Shown here: positions 36,471 through 46,460 of the stretch, piece by piece
Layout: the number at the start of each line of letters is the position of its first letter
How positions within the stretch are numbered: position 1 is the stretch's first letter
Assembly: GCA_937900965.1 (NCBI GenBank)
Contig: CALCGJ010000158.1
Coordinates: forward strand, 186-64,185
Source: an uncultured Bacteroidota bacterium
Lineage (GTDB): Bacteria > Bacteroidota > Bacteroidia > Bacteroidales > FEN-979
Length of the DNA: 64,000 bases
Reading direction: 5' to 3'
Program-made: the position numbers and the translations under genes
Notes under the pieces: model-generated
Databases searched by the model: none
What the model was told of the DNA's origin: nothing
What the model saw: the letters and a program-made list of their open reading frames with translations, nothing else

Positions 36471-39400
36471 ATGAAAATACCCAAACCGTATAGGCCGAAA
36501 AACCATATTCGCATCGTTACGGCGGCTTCTCTTTTTGACGGTCACGATGCAGCCATTAATATCATGCGCAGAATCCTGCAGGCAAGTGGGGCGGAGGTAA
36601 TTCATCTGGGTCACAACCGCTCCGTGCAGGAGATCGTAGATTGCGCCATCCAGGAAGATGCACATGCCGTGGCTATAACCTCCTACCAGGGAGGCCATAT
36701 GGAGTTCTTCAAGTATATGTATGATCTCCTGCATGAAGCAGGCTGCGGTCACATCCTGATCTTCGGAGGGGGTGGAGGCGTCATCCTGCCTGAAGAGATA
36801 AAAGAGCTTCAGGAATACGGTATCACAAAGATTTACTCCCCGGATGATGGCAGGGAGCTCAGCCTTCAGGGCATGATCAACGATGTGCTTTCTACGTGTG
36901 ACTTTCCACTGGATAATCTGGAAAAGATTGCCTTTGATAAAATTGAGACAAGGGATCAGACAACGATTTCACGGCTGATCACACTTGCCGAAAATGATCC
37001 TGAAAGGGCTCAACCTTTCCTTCGCAAACTAGCAGCTAAAGCAAAGAAGCACAACGTTCCTATCCTTGGAATTACCGGGACAGGGGGGGCAGGAAAATCG
37101 AGCCTTGTGGATGAGATTGTCAGACGTTATCTGAACGACCTTCCCGATAAAAATATCGCCATCATCTCAGTTGATCCTACCAAACGAAAAACCGGAGGTG
37201 CGCTCCTTGGCGATAGGATCAGGATGAATGCTATCAGCGATCCGAGAGTTTACATGCGTTCCCTGGCTACCCGGCAATCCAACCTGGCACTCTCAAAGTA
37301 TGTCAAGGACGCAATCACAATCACAAGGGCAGCCAACTTTGACCTGATCATTGTGGAGACGTCAGGAATCGGTCAATCCGACACCGAAATTGTTGACCAC
37401 AGCGACCTGACGCTTTATGTGATGACGCCTGAATTCGGGGCAGCGAGCCAGCTGGAGAAGATCGATATGCTCGACTTTGCCGACTTGATCGCCATCAATA
37501 AATTTGATAAACGGGGAGCCCTTGATGCGTTGCGGGACGTAAAAAAACAGTATCAACGGAACCACAACCGTTTCCATGACGATCCGGATCTGATGCCGGT
37601 ATATGGAACGGTAGCTTCCCAATTCAACGATCCCGGAGTTAACATACTATATCAGGCAATCATCTCAGCGATCGAAGAGAAGACAGGTGTATCATTCTCA
37701 AGCCATTTTATCGGAAAAGATGAAATGGCGGAGAAAATATTTATTATTCCTCCCGCCCGAACACGCTATATGGCAGAGATCGCCGAGACAGTAAGGGGTT
37801 ATAACCATTGGTCAAATGAACAGGCCAAGGTTGCTCAGCGGCTCTATGCTATCCATGAAACACTGAAGACACTCCGGAATACTGAGACTCCACCGTCTCC
37901 TGAAAATACGGAAAAGCAACATGCTGCCATCTCTGTACTTGAGAAAATTTATGAGCAAACAAATAGAGAGCTTGATCCTGCCAACCAGGAAATTCTGAAG
38001 AACTGGCCAGATAAAATCCAGAGTTTACAGGAAGAGACATTTGTATACAAGGTACGCGATAAGGAGATCGAGGTGGAGACCCATACCGAGTCGCTCTCCC
38101 ACCTCCGGATTCCCAAGATCTCCCTTCCAAAATACAAAGGATGGGGAGATATTCTGAACTGGAATCTTCGCGAGAATGTGCCGGGCGAATTTCCGTATGC
38201 AGGAGGCGTCTTTCCCTTTAAACGGACCAGCGAAGACCCCACCCGGATGTTTGCCGGAGAAGGTGGGCCTGAGCGGACCAACAAACGGTTTCATTACGTC
38301 TCACACGGGATGCCTTTTGTTCGCCTCTCTACAGCTTACGACTCTGTGACACTCTATGGGTTTGACCCTGGCGTGCGGCCTGATATTTATGGGAAAATCG
38401 GCAACTCAGGTGTCTCTATTGCCTGTTTAGACGACTCTAAAAAACTCTATTCCGGGCTCGATCTGCTTGATCCGAACACTTCGGTTTCCATGACGATCAA
38501 TGGGCCGGCACCCACGATGGTTGGATATTTCATGAATACCGCCATCGACCAGCAATGTGAGAAATATATCCTCGAACATGGACTGAAAGAGGAGGTCGCG
38601 AAAAAGATCCAGGCAATCTACCGGAAGAAAGGAACAAAACGTCCCTCCTACCAGGGAAAATTGCCAAAGGGGAATAACGGACTTGGATTGCTGCTACTGG
38701 GCGTGACAGGCGACATGGTGTTGCCACAGGAGGTATATGCGAAAATTAAGCAGGAGACTTTGTCACAGGTACGGGGAACCATACAGGCTGATATCCTGAA
38801 AGAGGATCAGGCACAAAACACCTGTATCTTCTCCACCGATTTTGCCCTGAAAATGATGGGGGATATTCAGGATTATTTCATTTATACAAACGTCAGGAAT
38901 TTCTATTCTGTCTCCATTTCCGGATACCATATTGCTGAAGCCGGAGCGAATCCTATCACCCAGCTTGCCCTCACCCTCTCCAACGGATTTACCTACGTTG
39001 AGTATTATGCTTCCCGTGGGATGGATGTAAATAAATTCGCACCAAACCTCTCTTTCTTCTTCTCTAACGGTCTTGATCCCGAATATTCAGTGATCGGAAG
39101 AGTGGCCCGACTCATCTGGGCCAAGGCGATGAAATACCGCTACAAAGCAAATGCACGTTCGCAGATGCTGAAATATCATATTCAAACATCCGGGAGATCA
39201 CTGCATGCACAGGAGATCGACTTCAACGACATCCGGACAACCCTTCAAGCATTGTATGCTATTTACGACAATTGTAACTCGTTGCATACCAATGCATATG
39301 ATGAAGCTATCACCACACCTACCGAAGAATCGGTACGCCGGGCAATGGCTATCCAGATGATAATCAACCACGAACTCGGCCTGGCAAAAAACCAAAACAC

Positions 39401-39872
39401 CCTTCAGGGATCATTTATTATTGAAGAGCTGACAGATCTGGTTGAAGAGGCAGTGATGCTTGAATTTGAACGGATATCGGAAAGAGGCGGGGTGCTGGGT
39501 GCCATGGAGACCATGTACCAGCGCAGTAAGATCCAGGAAGAGTCTCTCTATTACGAGATGATGAAAAATTCGGGAAAACTACCGATAATGGGTGTAAACA
39601 CCTTCCTTTCCAGCAAAGGCTCTCCGACTGTTTTGCCGGGAGAGGTTATCCGGTCAACGGAAGAGGAAAAGCAGTATCAGATAGATATGCTGAAGCAACT
39701 TCACAAGACATGGGAAAAGGAATCGGCAGTGGCATTGCAGGATTTACAGCACAGAACCACACAGAATTTAAATATCTTTGAGAGCTTGATGGAAGCCTCC
39801 AAAATCTGCTCCATCGGTCAGATCACCCACGCATTATTTGATGTGGGCGGACAGTACAGAAGAAGTATGTAA
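36471..39872 (+). CDS. icmF: Fused isobutyryl-CoA mutase (B12-binding domain + MeaB-like GTPase + mutase substrate domain)
   Basis: The N-terminal B12 domain has [11 protein letters not shown]. The central G-protein has [12 protein letters not shown] and NKFD. The C-terminal ~600 aa is a mutase TIM-barrel region. The 1133 aa three-part fusion matches the IcmF architecture. Confidence 0.85.
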   Translation: MKIPKPYRPKNHIRIVTAASLFDGHDAAINIMRRILQASGAEVIHLGHNRSVQEIVDCAIQEDAHAVAITSYQGGHMEFFKYMYDLLHEAGCGHILIFGGGGGVILPEEIKELQEYGITKIYSPDDGRELSLQGMINDVLSTCDFPLDNLEKIAFDKIETRDQTTISRLITLAENDPERAQPFLRKLAAKAKKHNVPILGITGTGGAGKSSLVDEIVRRYLNDLPDKNIAIISVDPTKRKTGGALLGDRIRMNAISDPRVYMRSLATRQSNLALSKYVKDAITITRAANFDLIIVETSGIGQSDTEIVDHSDLTLYVMTPEFGAASQLEKIDMLDFADLIAINKFDKRGALDALRDVKKQYQRNHNRFHDDPDLMPVYGTVASQFNDPGVNILYQAIISAIEEKTGVSFSSHFIGKDEMAEKIFIIPPARTRYMAEIAETVRGYNHWSNEQAKVAQRLYAIHETLKTLRNTETPPSPENTEKQHAAISVLEKIYEQTNRELDPANQEILKNWPDKIQSLQEETFVYKVRDKEIEVETHTESLSHLRIPKISLPKYKGWGDILNWNLRENVPGEFPYAGGVFPFKRTSEDPTRMFAGEGGPERTNKRFHYVSHGMPFVRLSTAYDSVTLYGFDPGVRPDIYGKIGNSGVSIACLDDSKKLYSGLDLLDPNTSVSMTINGPAPTMVGYFMNTAIDQQCEKYILEHGLKEEVAKKIQAIYRKKGTKRPSYQGKLPKGNNGLGLLLLGVTGDMVLPQEVYAKIKQETLSQVRGTIQADILKEDQAQNTCIFSTDFALKMMGDIQDYFIYTNVRNFYSVSISGYHIAEAGANPITQLALTLSNGFTYVEYYASRGMDVNKFAPNLSFFFSNGLDPEYSVIGRVARLIWAKAMKYRYKANARSQMLKYHIQTSGRSLHAQEIDFNDIRTTLQALYAIYDNCNSLHTNAYDEAITTPTEESVRRAMAIQMIINHELGLAKNQNTLQGSFIIEELTDLVEEAVMLEFERISERGGVLGAMETMYQRSKIQEESLYYEMMKNSGKLPIMGVNTFLSSKGSPTVLPGEVIRSTEEEKQYQIDMLKQLHKTWEKESAVALQDLQHRTTQNLNIFESLMEASKICSIGQITHALFDVGGQYRRSM

Positions 39873-39890
39873 CCCTTAAAACATGGAATT

Positions 39891-40964
39891 ATGACCTTTA
39901 ATATTTTGGTTGTCAATCCGAAGGACAAGGTAACACAGATAGCTGTTTTTGACAATTTTCAGTTGCTTTATATCAACAACAGAAGACACTCTGCAGAAGA
40001 ACTCAGCCAGTTTAAAACCGTTTACGATCAGGTCGAATTCAGACGTGATGTCGTTTTCAAAGAGTTGCAGAATAACAATTTCGACTACAGTAATGTAAAA
40101 ATTGTCATCTCACGCGGCGGATTAATCAAACCGGTACATTCGGGAATATTTGAAGTGAATGAGTCTCTTTGTTACGATTTGCGGAACAGTCCGATCGGAA
40201 TAGACATCATCAACATTGGCGGATTGGTTGCCGACGCAGTTGCCGAACAGATTGAAGGAGCCCATGCCCTTATCGCCCACCCAACAACCGTGGATGAAAT
40301 GCAGGACATTGCCCGGATTACCGGGGCTCCCGGACTGGAACGAAAGTCGGTATTCCATGCCCTCAATCAAAAGGCGATTGCCAAGATTTACGCTGAAAGT
40401 CTCAAGAAGAATTACAATGAAATGAACCTTATCGTCGCCCATATGGGCAACGGGACGACCGTGGGAGCGCACAAAATGGGAAAAGTTATCGATGTGAACC
40501 AGGGATTCGAAGGGGATGGGCCATTTTCCATGATTCGATGCGGAAGCCTTCCACTGGGTGATGTTGTGAAGATGTGCATCGACGGAAAAAAAACAAAGGA
40601 GGAAATTTTCGCTTTGCTTACCCACGAAGGGGGGATCAAGGCCCACCTTGGCACCACTGATATAACTGAGATCGAAAATCGTATAAAGGATGGCGACCGT
40701 CATGCCCGCCTGATCATCGAAGCGATGGCCTACCAGGTAGCAAAGGCGATAGGAGAGATGTTTGTTGCCCTGAAGGGCGCTGTGGATGCAATCCTCCTCA
40801 CGGGCGACCTGGCTCATTCCGAATTCGTAGTCAAGAACATCCGCGACCATGTCGACTGTCTGGGGCAGGTGATTATCTTCCCCGGCGACAATGAGATCCA
40901 GGCCATGGCCGCCAGTGCCCTTCGTTTGATCAGGGGCGAGACCGAAATCTCAGAATACAAATGA
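39891..40964 (+). CDS. Butyrate-kinase-family (ASKHA) protein with a divergent phosphate-1 loop
   Basis: As I recall butyrate kinases, it aligns along its length (VDEMQDIARI.G.P...RKSVFHALNQKA, HMGNGTTVGAH, GDGPFS, AMAYQVAKAIG, ILLTG.LA). The N-terminal NPGSTSTK is NPKDKVTQ here. Confidence 0.7.
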   Translation: MTFNILVVNPKDKVTQIAVFDNFQLLYINNRRHSAEELSQFKTVYDQVEFRRDVVFKELQNNNFDYSNVKIVISRGGLIKPVHSGIFEVNESLCYDLRNSPIGIDIINIGGLVADAVAEQIEGAHALIAHPTTVDEMQDIARITGAPGLERKSVFHALNQKAIAKIYAESLKKNYNEMNLIVAHMGNGTTVGAHKMGKVIDVNQGFEGDGPFSMIRCGSLPLGDVVKMCIDGKKTKEEIFALLTHEGGIKAHLGTTDITEIENRIKDGDRHARLIIEAMAYQVAKAIGEMFVALKGAVDAILLTGDLAHSEFVVKNIRDHVDCLGQVIIFPGDNEIQAMAASALRLIRGETEISEYK

Positions 40965-40970
40965 GAGAAT

Positions 40971-41076
40971 GTGACAAGGTGACAAGGTAACAGGGTGATG
41001 AGGAAAAATCTTTCACTTTCTTCGTACTTCGAACTTCAAACTTGCTTTCTAACTTCGTACTTCTAAATTCAAACTT
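40971..41076. repeat. Octamer array GTGACAAG-type x4 (40971-41002), then two ~23 nt direct repeats TTCGTACTTC.AA.TTCAAACTT (41021-41043 and 41054-41076)
   Basis: I counted the units directly. The octamer family is the same as at 20964-21051. CGAAGTACGAA occurs in inverted orientation relative to 14370-14383. Confidence 0.8.
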
Positions 41077-41082
41077 CTTTTT

Positions 41083-41925
41083 ATGACACTTCATTCTATA
41101 TTAACGGGAAATCTTAAGCTTGATGGTGGTGCCATGTTCGGCGTGGTCCCCAAAGTGATGTGGAGTAAGCTATATCCCTGCGATGAGAACAACCTCTGCA
41201 ACTGGTCAATGCGCTGTTTACTCGTGGATGCCGGAGAGAGGAAAATCCTGATCGACTGTGGCATCGGTGATAAACAATCCCAGAAATTCCTTAGCCATTA
41301 CTTCCTCAACGGAGAAGATACGCTCGATGGATCACTAGCTGAAGCGGGGTATACGCTCAACGACATCACAGATGTGATTCTGACACACCTCCATTTTGAC
41401 CATGCCGGTGGAGCCATACGATGGAATGAAGATAAAACAGATTATCTTCCCACATTTCCCAATGCCACCTACTGGACAAGCCGCCAGCAATGGGATTGGG
41501 CAACCAACCCGAACAACCGCGAAAAGGCCTCATTCCTGAAAGAAAACATCCTGCCTATCAAGGAGAAAGGTACGTTAAAATTAATTGAAGGAGATAGTGA
41601 GATCATGCCCGGTATCTCAGTCCGGCTCTTCCATGGCCATACCGAAGGACAGGTAATTCCGATGATCCAATATAACGGGAAGACCATTGTTTACATGGCA
41701 GACCTCCTTCCCTCTACCGCCCATATTCCGTTGCCTTATGTGATGAGTTATGATACCCGACCATTGATTACCATGGAAGAGAAGGAGAAATTCATGATAG
41801 AGGCTGCTGAAAAAGGATATATCCTCTTTTTTGAACACGACATAAAAAACGAATGCTGTACGGTTGAGATAACGGAAAAAGGGGTGAGGCTGAAGGAGGC
41901 GTTTCCATTAGCGGATATCCTGTAG
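41083..41925 (+). CDS. MBL-fold metallo-hydrolase
   Basis: It has the HxHxDH motif (THLHFDHAGG) and downstream His/Asp ligands (LFHGHTEGQ). The length is 280 aa. Confidence 0.8.
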   Translation: MTLHSILTGNLKLDGGAMFGVVPKVMWSKLYPCDENNLCNWSMRCLLVDAGERKILIDCGIGDKQSQKFLSHYFLNGEDTLDGSLAEAGYTLNDITDVILTHLHFDHAGGAIRWNEDKTDYLPTFPNATYWTSRQQWDWATNPNNREKASFLKENILPIKEKGTLKLIEGDSEIMPGISVRLFHGHTEGQVIPMIQYNGKTIVYMADLLPSTAHIPLPYVMSYDTRPLITMEEKEKFMIEAAEKGYILFFEHDIKNECCTVEITEKGVRLKEAFPLADIL

Positions 41926-41983
41926 AGACGGGGCATGCCTGTATAGACGGGGCATGCCTGTATAGACGGGGCATGCCCCGTCT
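41921..41983. repeat. 19 nt unit TGTA(G/T)AGACGGGGCATGCC x3 ending in a perfect 20 nt palindrome (41964-41983)
   Basis: I counted the units directly. The palindrome is AGACGGGGCA|TGCCCCGTCT. The MBL stop TAG (41923-41925) lies in unit 1. The tdh stop (41984-41986) abuts the palindrome. Confidence 0.9.
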
Positions 41984-42925
41984 CTACTTACGGCGGATTT
42001 CATCGATCATCACCTGCGTCATTCGAGGAAGATCGTATTCGTAAGTCAATCCCCAGTCTTTTTGAGCCACACTGTCGTCAATGCAATCGGGCCAGGAATC
42101 GGCAATCGCCTGCCTGAAATCGGGTTTATAGGAGATCTCGAAATCAGGGATTTGTTTTTTTATCTCATTGGCCAGGGTATGCGGGGTAAAGCAGATCCCG
42201 GCAACATTGTAGCTTGACCGAAGACTCAATTTGAAGGATTCGGCCTCCATCACATCAATCGTTGCTTTAATCGCATCGGGCATGAACATCATCGGAAGAG
42301 CTGTTTCACTGCTCAGGAAACATTCATACTTCCCGGTTTTGATGGCGTCGTAGAAGATCTCTACTGCATAATCAGTTGTACCACCACCGGCTTCAGTTTT
42401 GTAGCTGATCAATCCAGGATAACGTAAACTCCGTGTCTCGATACCATATTTCTGGTAGTAATATTCGATCCATCTTTCACCAGCCAGTTTGCTGATCCCA
42501 TAAACCGTGTTCGGCTCCATTGTAGTGTACTGGGGGGTGTTCATCCGGGGGGTAGTGGGGCCAAAGACTGCAATGGAGCTTGGCCAGAAGATTTTTTTGA
42601 GTTTGAGTGCTTTAGCGATCTCCAGAACATTGAAGAGACTGCGCATATTGATTTCCCAGGAGGGCATGGGACGTTTTTCGGCGTTGCCTGAAAGGATAGC
42701 TGCCAGGTGATAAACCTGGGTGATCTTTTCATGCTCACAGACCAGTTGAAGCTTACCGGCATCAAGAACGTCGAGTATTTCGAACGGACCACTCTCAAGG
42801 ATATCAGCTGGTGCAGGGCGGATATCTGTAGCGACCACGTTGCTGTCGCCATACATTTTTCGAAGTTCAAGCGTCAGCTCCGAACCAATTTGTCCGGAAC
42901 ATCCAATGACCAGTATTTTTTCCAT
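41984..42925 (-). CDS. tdh: L-threonine 3-dehydrogenase, extended-SDR (GalE-like) type
   Basis: It has the Rossmann motif GCSGQIGS, the YxxxK motif (YGISK), and GGGTTDYAVEIF, LPMMFMPD and RQAIADSWP..IDDS.AQKDWG. As I recall, these match the short-chain TDH family. Confidence 0.8.
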   Translation of the reverse strand: MEKILVIGCSGQIGSELTLELRKMYGDSNVVATDIRPAPADILESGPFEILDVLDAGKLQLVCEHEKITQVYHLAAILSGNAEKRPMPSWEINMRSLFNVLEIAKALKLKKIFWPSSIAVFGPTTPRMNTPQYTTMEPNTVYGISKLAGERWIEYYYQKYGIETRSLRYPGLISYKTEAGGGTTDYAVEIFYDAIKTGKYECFLSSETALPMMFMPDAIKATIDVMEAESFKLSLRSSYNVAGICFTPHTLANEIKKQIPDFEISYKPDFRQAIADSWPDCIDDSVAQKDWGLTYEYDLPRMTQVMIDEIRRK

Positions 42926-43082
42926 GGAGAATCTTAATTTGAGTTTCTGACAGCTAAAATAGCAAGAATTACTACGCCTGTTAAAGAAATAACGACACCT
43001 TCCTTATCCCATCTTAACAAAGATAAATATTATTGTTTTGCATATACGTACAAGCGAATAATTTACATAAAATGAATATTGT

Positions 43083-43090
43083 TAACTTTG
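43083..43090 (+). promoter_or_regulatory. Bacteroidota -7 promoter box (TAACTTTG)
   Basis: It matches TAnnTTTG and lies 20 nt upstream of the cysS ATG. Confidence 0.45.
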
Positions 43091-43109
43091 TCTTCCAATT
43101 CCAGCATTT

Positions 43110-44666
43110 ATGGAGCATCCACTGACAGTCTACAACACGTTGACCCGGAAAAAGGAGCTGTTCAAACCGCTGAACGAACCCTTTGTGGGGATGTATGTTT
43201 GTGGTCCTACGGTATATGGAGATCCGCATCTGGGTCATGCCCGTCCGGCTATTACATTTGATTTGGCATTCAGGTATTTGAAGCATCTTGGGTACAAAGT
43301 CAGGTATGTAAGGAATATCACCGATGTGGGGCATCTGGAACATGACCAGGACGAAGGGGAGGACAAGATCGCCAAAAAGGCAAGATTGGAAGATATTGAA
43401 CCTATGGAGGTGGTGCAGTATTATACAGACAGGTATCATCAGTTCATGTCGATGTTGAACGTCCTTCAGCCAAGTATTGAACCCAGGGCATCAGGGCATA
43501 TCATCGAGCAGATTGGAATGATTCAGAAAATCCTTGATGCCGGATTTGCATATACAAATAATGGATCAGTCTATTTTGATGTAGAGAAGTACAATCAAAC
43601 TCATAATTACGGAAAATTATCAGGCCGGAAGCTGGAAGATATGATCTCCAATACACGCCAGCTTGAGGGACAGGAAGAAAAACGAAATCCCGCAGATTTT
43701 GCCCTCTGGAAAATGGCGCAACCCGAGCATATCATGCGCTGGCCCTCTCCCTGGAGCGACGGCTTCCCCGGATGGCACCTGGAGTGTTCTGCAATGGGAA
43801 CGAGATACCTGGGTACCGAATTCGATATCCATGGAGGTGGAATGGACCTGCTGTTCCCGCATCACGAATGTGAAATTGCCCAGACGAATATCGCTAACGG
43901 AAAAGATGCAGTACATTACTGGCTGCACAACAACATGATCACCATAAACGGCCAGAAAATGGGAAAATCCCTCGGTAATTCAGTTAACCTCGAGGAATTT
44001 TTCAGCGGTAGTCATCCTCTCCTGGAGCAGGCATACAGCCCTATGACTATTCGCTTTTTCATCCTCCAGGCCCATTACCGGAGCACCCTTGATTTCTCTA
44101 ACGAAGCTCTGCAGGCAGCGGAAAAAGGCCTGAAGCGACTCATGGCTGGATGGGAGACGTTGAAGAGTTTGCAGTTGGCAGTTGGCAGTTTGCAGTTGGC
44201 AGAAAAAGATCCACAACAACATGACACCACGGCACCACGGCACCACGGCACCACTTATCAAACTCACCAACTCACCAACTCACCAATTCACCAGTTGGAG
44301 CGCAGCTGCTACGCTGCCATGAATGACGACTTCAACAGCCCTATGGTGATTGCAAATCTCTTTGAGGGTGTAAAGATCATCAATGCTGTGAAGGAGGGCA
44401 AAGAGATGCTGACAGGTGCAGAGTTGAACCAGTTGCAAGACCTTTTTCAAACCTTTGTTACTGATATTCTCGCTCTTGAAGATGAGTTTTCCGGAGTTCA
44501 GGATGACAATGTAGATGGCCTGATGAATCTGATCATCGGCTTGCGGCAGGATGCCCGGACAAGAAAGGATTGGAGTGGTTCTGACCGGATCAGGGATGAA
44601 CTGGGGAAGCTTGGTATTGTGGTGAAGGATACGAAAGAGGGTGCCAGATGGGAGAGGGAAAGATAG
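43110..44666 (+). CDS. cysS: Cysteine--tRNA ligase with an in-frame repeat insertion
   Basis: It has the HIGH motif (HLGHAR), the KMSKS motif (KMGKS), the Zn/Cys-binding CGPTVY and WHLEC, and the C-terminal AMNDDFN..  anticodon-domain start. Confidence 0.9.
   Translation: MEHPLTVYNTLTRKKELFKPLNEPFVGMYVCGPTVYGDPHLGHARPAITFDLAFRYLKHLGYKVRYVRNITDVGHLEHDQDEGEDKIAKKARLEDIEPMEVVQYYTDRYHQFMSMLNVLQPSIEPRASGHIIEQIGMIQKILDAGFAYTNNGSVYFDVEKYNQTHNYGKLSGRKLEDMISNTRQLEGQEEKRNPADFALWKMAQPEHIMRWPSPWSDGFPGWHLECSAMGTRYLGTEFDIHGGGMDLLFPHHECEIAQTNIANGKDAVHYWLHNNMITINGQKMGKSLGNSVNLEEFFSGSHPLLEQAYSPMTIRFFILQAHYRSTLDFSNEALQAAEKGLKRLMAGWETLKSLQLAVGSLQLAEKDPQQHDTTAPRHHGTTYQTHQLTNSPIHQLERSCYAAMNDDFNSPMVIANLFEGVKIINAVKEGKEMLTGAELNQLQDLFQTFVTDILALEDEFSGVQDDNVDGLMNLIIGLRQDARTRKDWSGSDRIRDELGKLGIVVKDTKEGARWERER
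44171..44294 (+). repeat. Three consecutive in-frame micro-arrays inside cysS: GCAGTTG x4.5 (44171-44202), CACCACGG x3.75 (44225-44254), CTCACCAA x3-4 (44263-44294)
   Basis: I counted the units directly. They translate to [11 protein letters not shown]...[10 protein letters not shown]...[11 protein letters not shown]. Confidence 0.9.
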
Positions 44667-44713
44667 TAGGGAAGTAGGGAAGTAGGGAGGTAGGGAAGTA
44701 GGGAGGTAGAGAA
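44666..44713. repeat. Octamer array GTAGGGA(A/G) x6
   Basis: It starts at the last base of the cysS TAG stop. TAG recurs in all three frames. Confidence 0.9.
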
Positions 44714-44768
44714 GCAGTAAGAAGGAAAAATAACTGGTTAGTTTGTGAGTAAATAGAAATAGCAAAAG

Positions 44769-46457
44769 ATGAAAAGGGTAAACATTTTTTTACTTGCGGT
44801 TCTGGCAATTGGATTTTTTGCCGGATGCCAGACAAAACAAAAACAGATGAAAGAGGAACTGGTAGATTTTATAAAAAATCATGATTCAGTTGTCATCCCA
44901 TTATCCAGGGAGACCAATATGGCCTACTGGCAGGCTGCTATCACTGGGACTGAAGAGGACTTTAACAAGGCTCAGGAGCTTCAGTTGAAAATGGTAGAGA
45001 TATATTCCGACACGCATGCTCTGGCAACACTTGAGAAGATCAAAGTATCAGGACTTGTCAATGATACACTGCTGGCGCGTCAGCTGGATCTCCTTTATAA
45101 CGAGTACCTGATGGCCAAAGCCGATACCACGAAGCTGAATGAAATCGTGAAGATGGAGACCAGGATTGAACGGGAGTTTTCTATCTTCAGGACCCAGGTC
45201 AACGGAAAAGAGATGACCGATAATAATGTGGAGGAGGTACTCAGAAGTTCGAAGGATATAAATAAGCAGAAAGAGGTTTGGACGGCCCAGAAGAAGATTG
45301 GCCGTGTTGTAGCCGATGATGTTATTAAGCTGGTTGTCATGCGTAACGAGGTGGCAAAGGAGATGGGTTTTAAGAATTACCACCAGATGCAGCTTATCCT
45401 TGGCGAACAGGATCCACGGGTGATCACCGACCTCTTCGATGAACTTGACACGCTTACGAAAGATGTCTTTACAGAGGTTAAAGGCGAGATCGATGACTAT
45501 TTCGTCAGTTATTATAACCTCAACAGCAAAGAGGACCTGATGCCATGGAACTACCAGAACCGATTTTTTCAGGAAGCTCCGCGGATTTACGATGTTGACA
45601 TCTCCAGCTATTATGCGGATAAAAACCTGGAATCACTTTCGGCAGCCTATTACTATGGAATCGGTCTTCCTATAGATGATATGCTGCAAAAAAGCGACCT
45701 CTACGAAAAGGATGGTAAAAATCAGCACGCGTTCTGCATCAGCATCGACCGGCTGAAAGATGTAAGGGTATTGTGCAATATCAAACCCAACTCATATTGG
45801 ATGAATACGATGTTGCATGAATACGGCCATGCAGTGTATGATTATAACATCAACGAATCACTTCCCTTCATCCTGCGTGAACCAGCTCATACGTTTACTA
45901 CCGAAGCTATTGCCATGATCTTTGGCAGGCAGGCATCGAGCCCGCAATGGTTACAGGATATGGTAGGAATCAGTGAAGAGGAAAAAATGAAAATTGCCGA
46001 TAACTGCTTTAAAACTCTCCGGTTGGAACAACTGGTGTTCAGTCGCTGGTCGCAGGTCATGTACCGGTTTGAAAAAGCTATGTACACTGATCCTGAACAG
46101 GACCTGAATACAGTCTGGTGGGACCTGGTGGAAGAGTATCAGCTGATGAAACGTCCACCCGACCGCAATGAACCGGATTGGGCCTCCAAGATCCATATTG
46201 CACTCTTCCCTTGTTATTACCACAACTACCTCCTGGGAGAGTTACTGGCATCACAACTCTATTATTATATAGTTGCGAATATCATACAGTCAGACGATTA
46301 CAAATTTCAGAGTTTTGCTAATAATAAGGCAGTAGGCGATTATCTGAGAAACAATGTCTTTGCTGTTGGTTCGAAATATTACTGGAACGACATGATCGAA
46401 AAGGCAACAGGTGAGAAGCTGACAGCTAAATATTATGCAAGGCAGTTTGTGGATTAA
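44769..46457 (+). CDS. M2-family (ACE-like) zinc metallopeptidase lipoprotein
   Basis: It has the lipobox FFAGC. HEYGHAVY...LPFILREPAHTFTTEAIA parallels the ACE block HHEMGH.QY...LP..LREGAN.GFHEAIG (HExxH plus a downstream Glu). Confidence 0.6.
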   Translation: MKRVNIFLLAVLAIGFFAGCQTKQKQMKEELVDFIKNHDSVVIPLSRETNMAYWQAAITGTEEDFNKAQELQLKMVEIYSDTHALATLEKIKVSGLVNDTLLARQLDLLYNEYLMAKADTTKLNEIVKMETRIEREFSIFRTQVNGKEMTDNNVEEVLRSSKDINKQKEVWTAQKKIGRVVADDVIKLVVMRNEVAKEMGFKNYHQMQLILGEQDPRVITDLFDELDTLTKDVFTEVKGEIDDYFVSYYNLNSKEDLMPWNYQNRFFQEAPRIYDVDISSYYADKNLESLSAAYYYGIGLPIDDMLQKSDLYEKDGKNQHAFCISIDRLKDVRVLCNIKPNSYWMNTMLHEYGHAVYDYNINESLPFILREPAHTFTTEAIAMIFGRQASSPQWLQDMVGISEEEKMKIADNCFKTLRLEQLVFSRWSQVMYRFEKAMYTDPEQDLNTVWWDLVEEYQLMKRPPDRNEPDWASKIHIALFPCYYHNYLLGELLASQLYYYIVANIIQSDDYKFQSFANNKAVGDYLRNNVFAVGSKYYWNDMIEKATGEKLTAKYYARQFVD

Positions 46458-46460
46458 TCG

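Noticed and set aside
42926-43109. A riboswitch or T-box leader upstream of cysS, and similarly upstream of tyrS at 50173-50206.
   Set aside because: The cysS leader is only 20 nt from the promoter box to the ATG. The tyrS upstream gap is 34 nt. I see no conserved specifier or terminator-antiterminator structure.
44280-44835. Minus-strand ORFs of 161 aa and 81 aa read through the GTAGGGAA array and the cysS 3' end.
   Set aside because: Their sequences are repeat translations ([14 protein letters not shown]) and they overlap the well-supported cysS gene. They are most likely artefacts of stop-free repeat frames.
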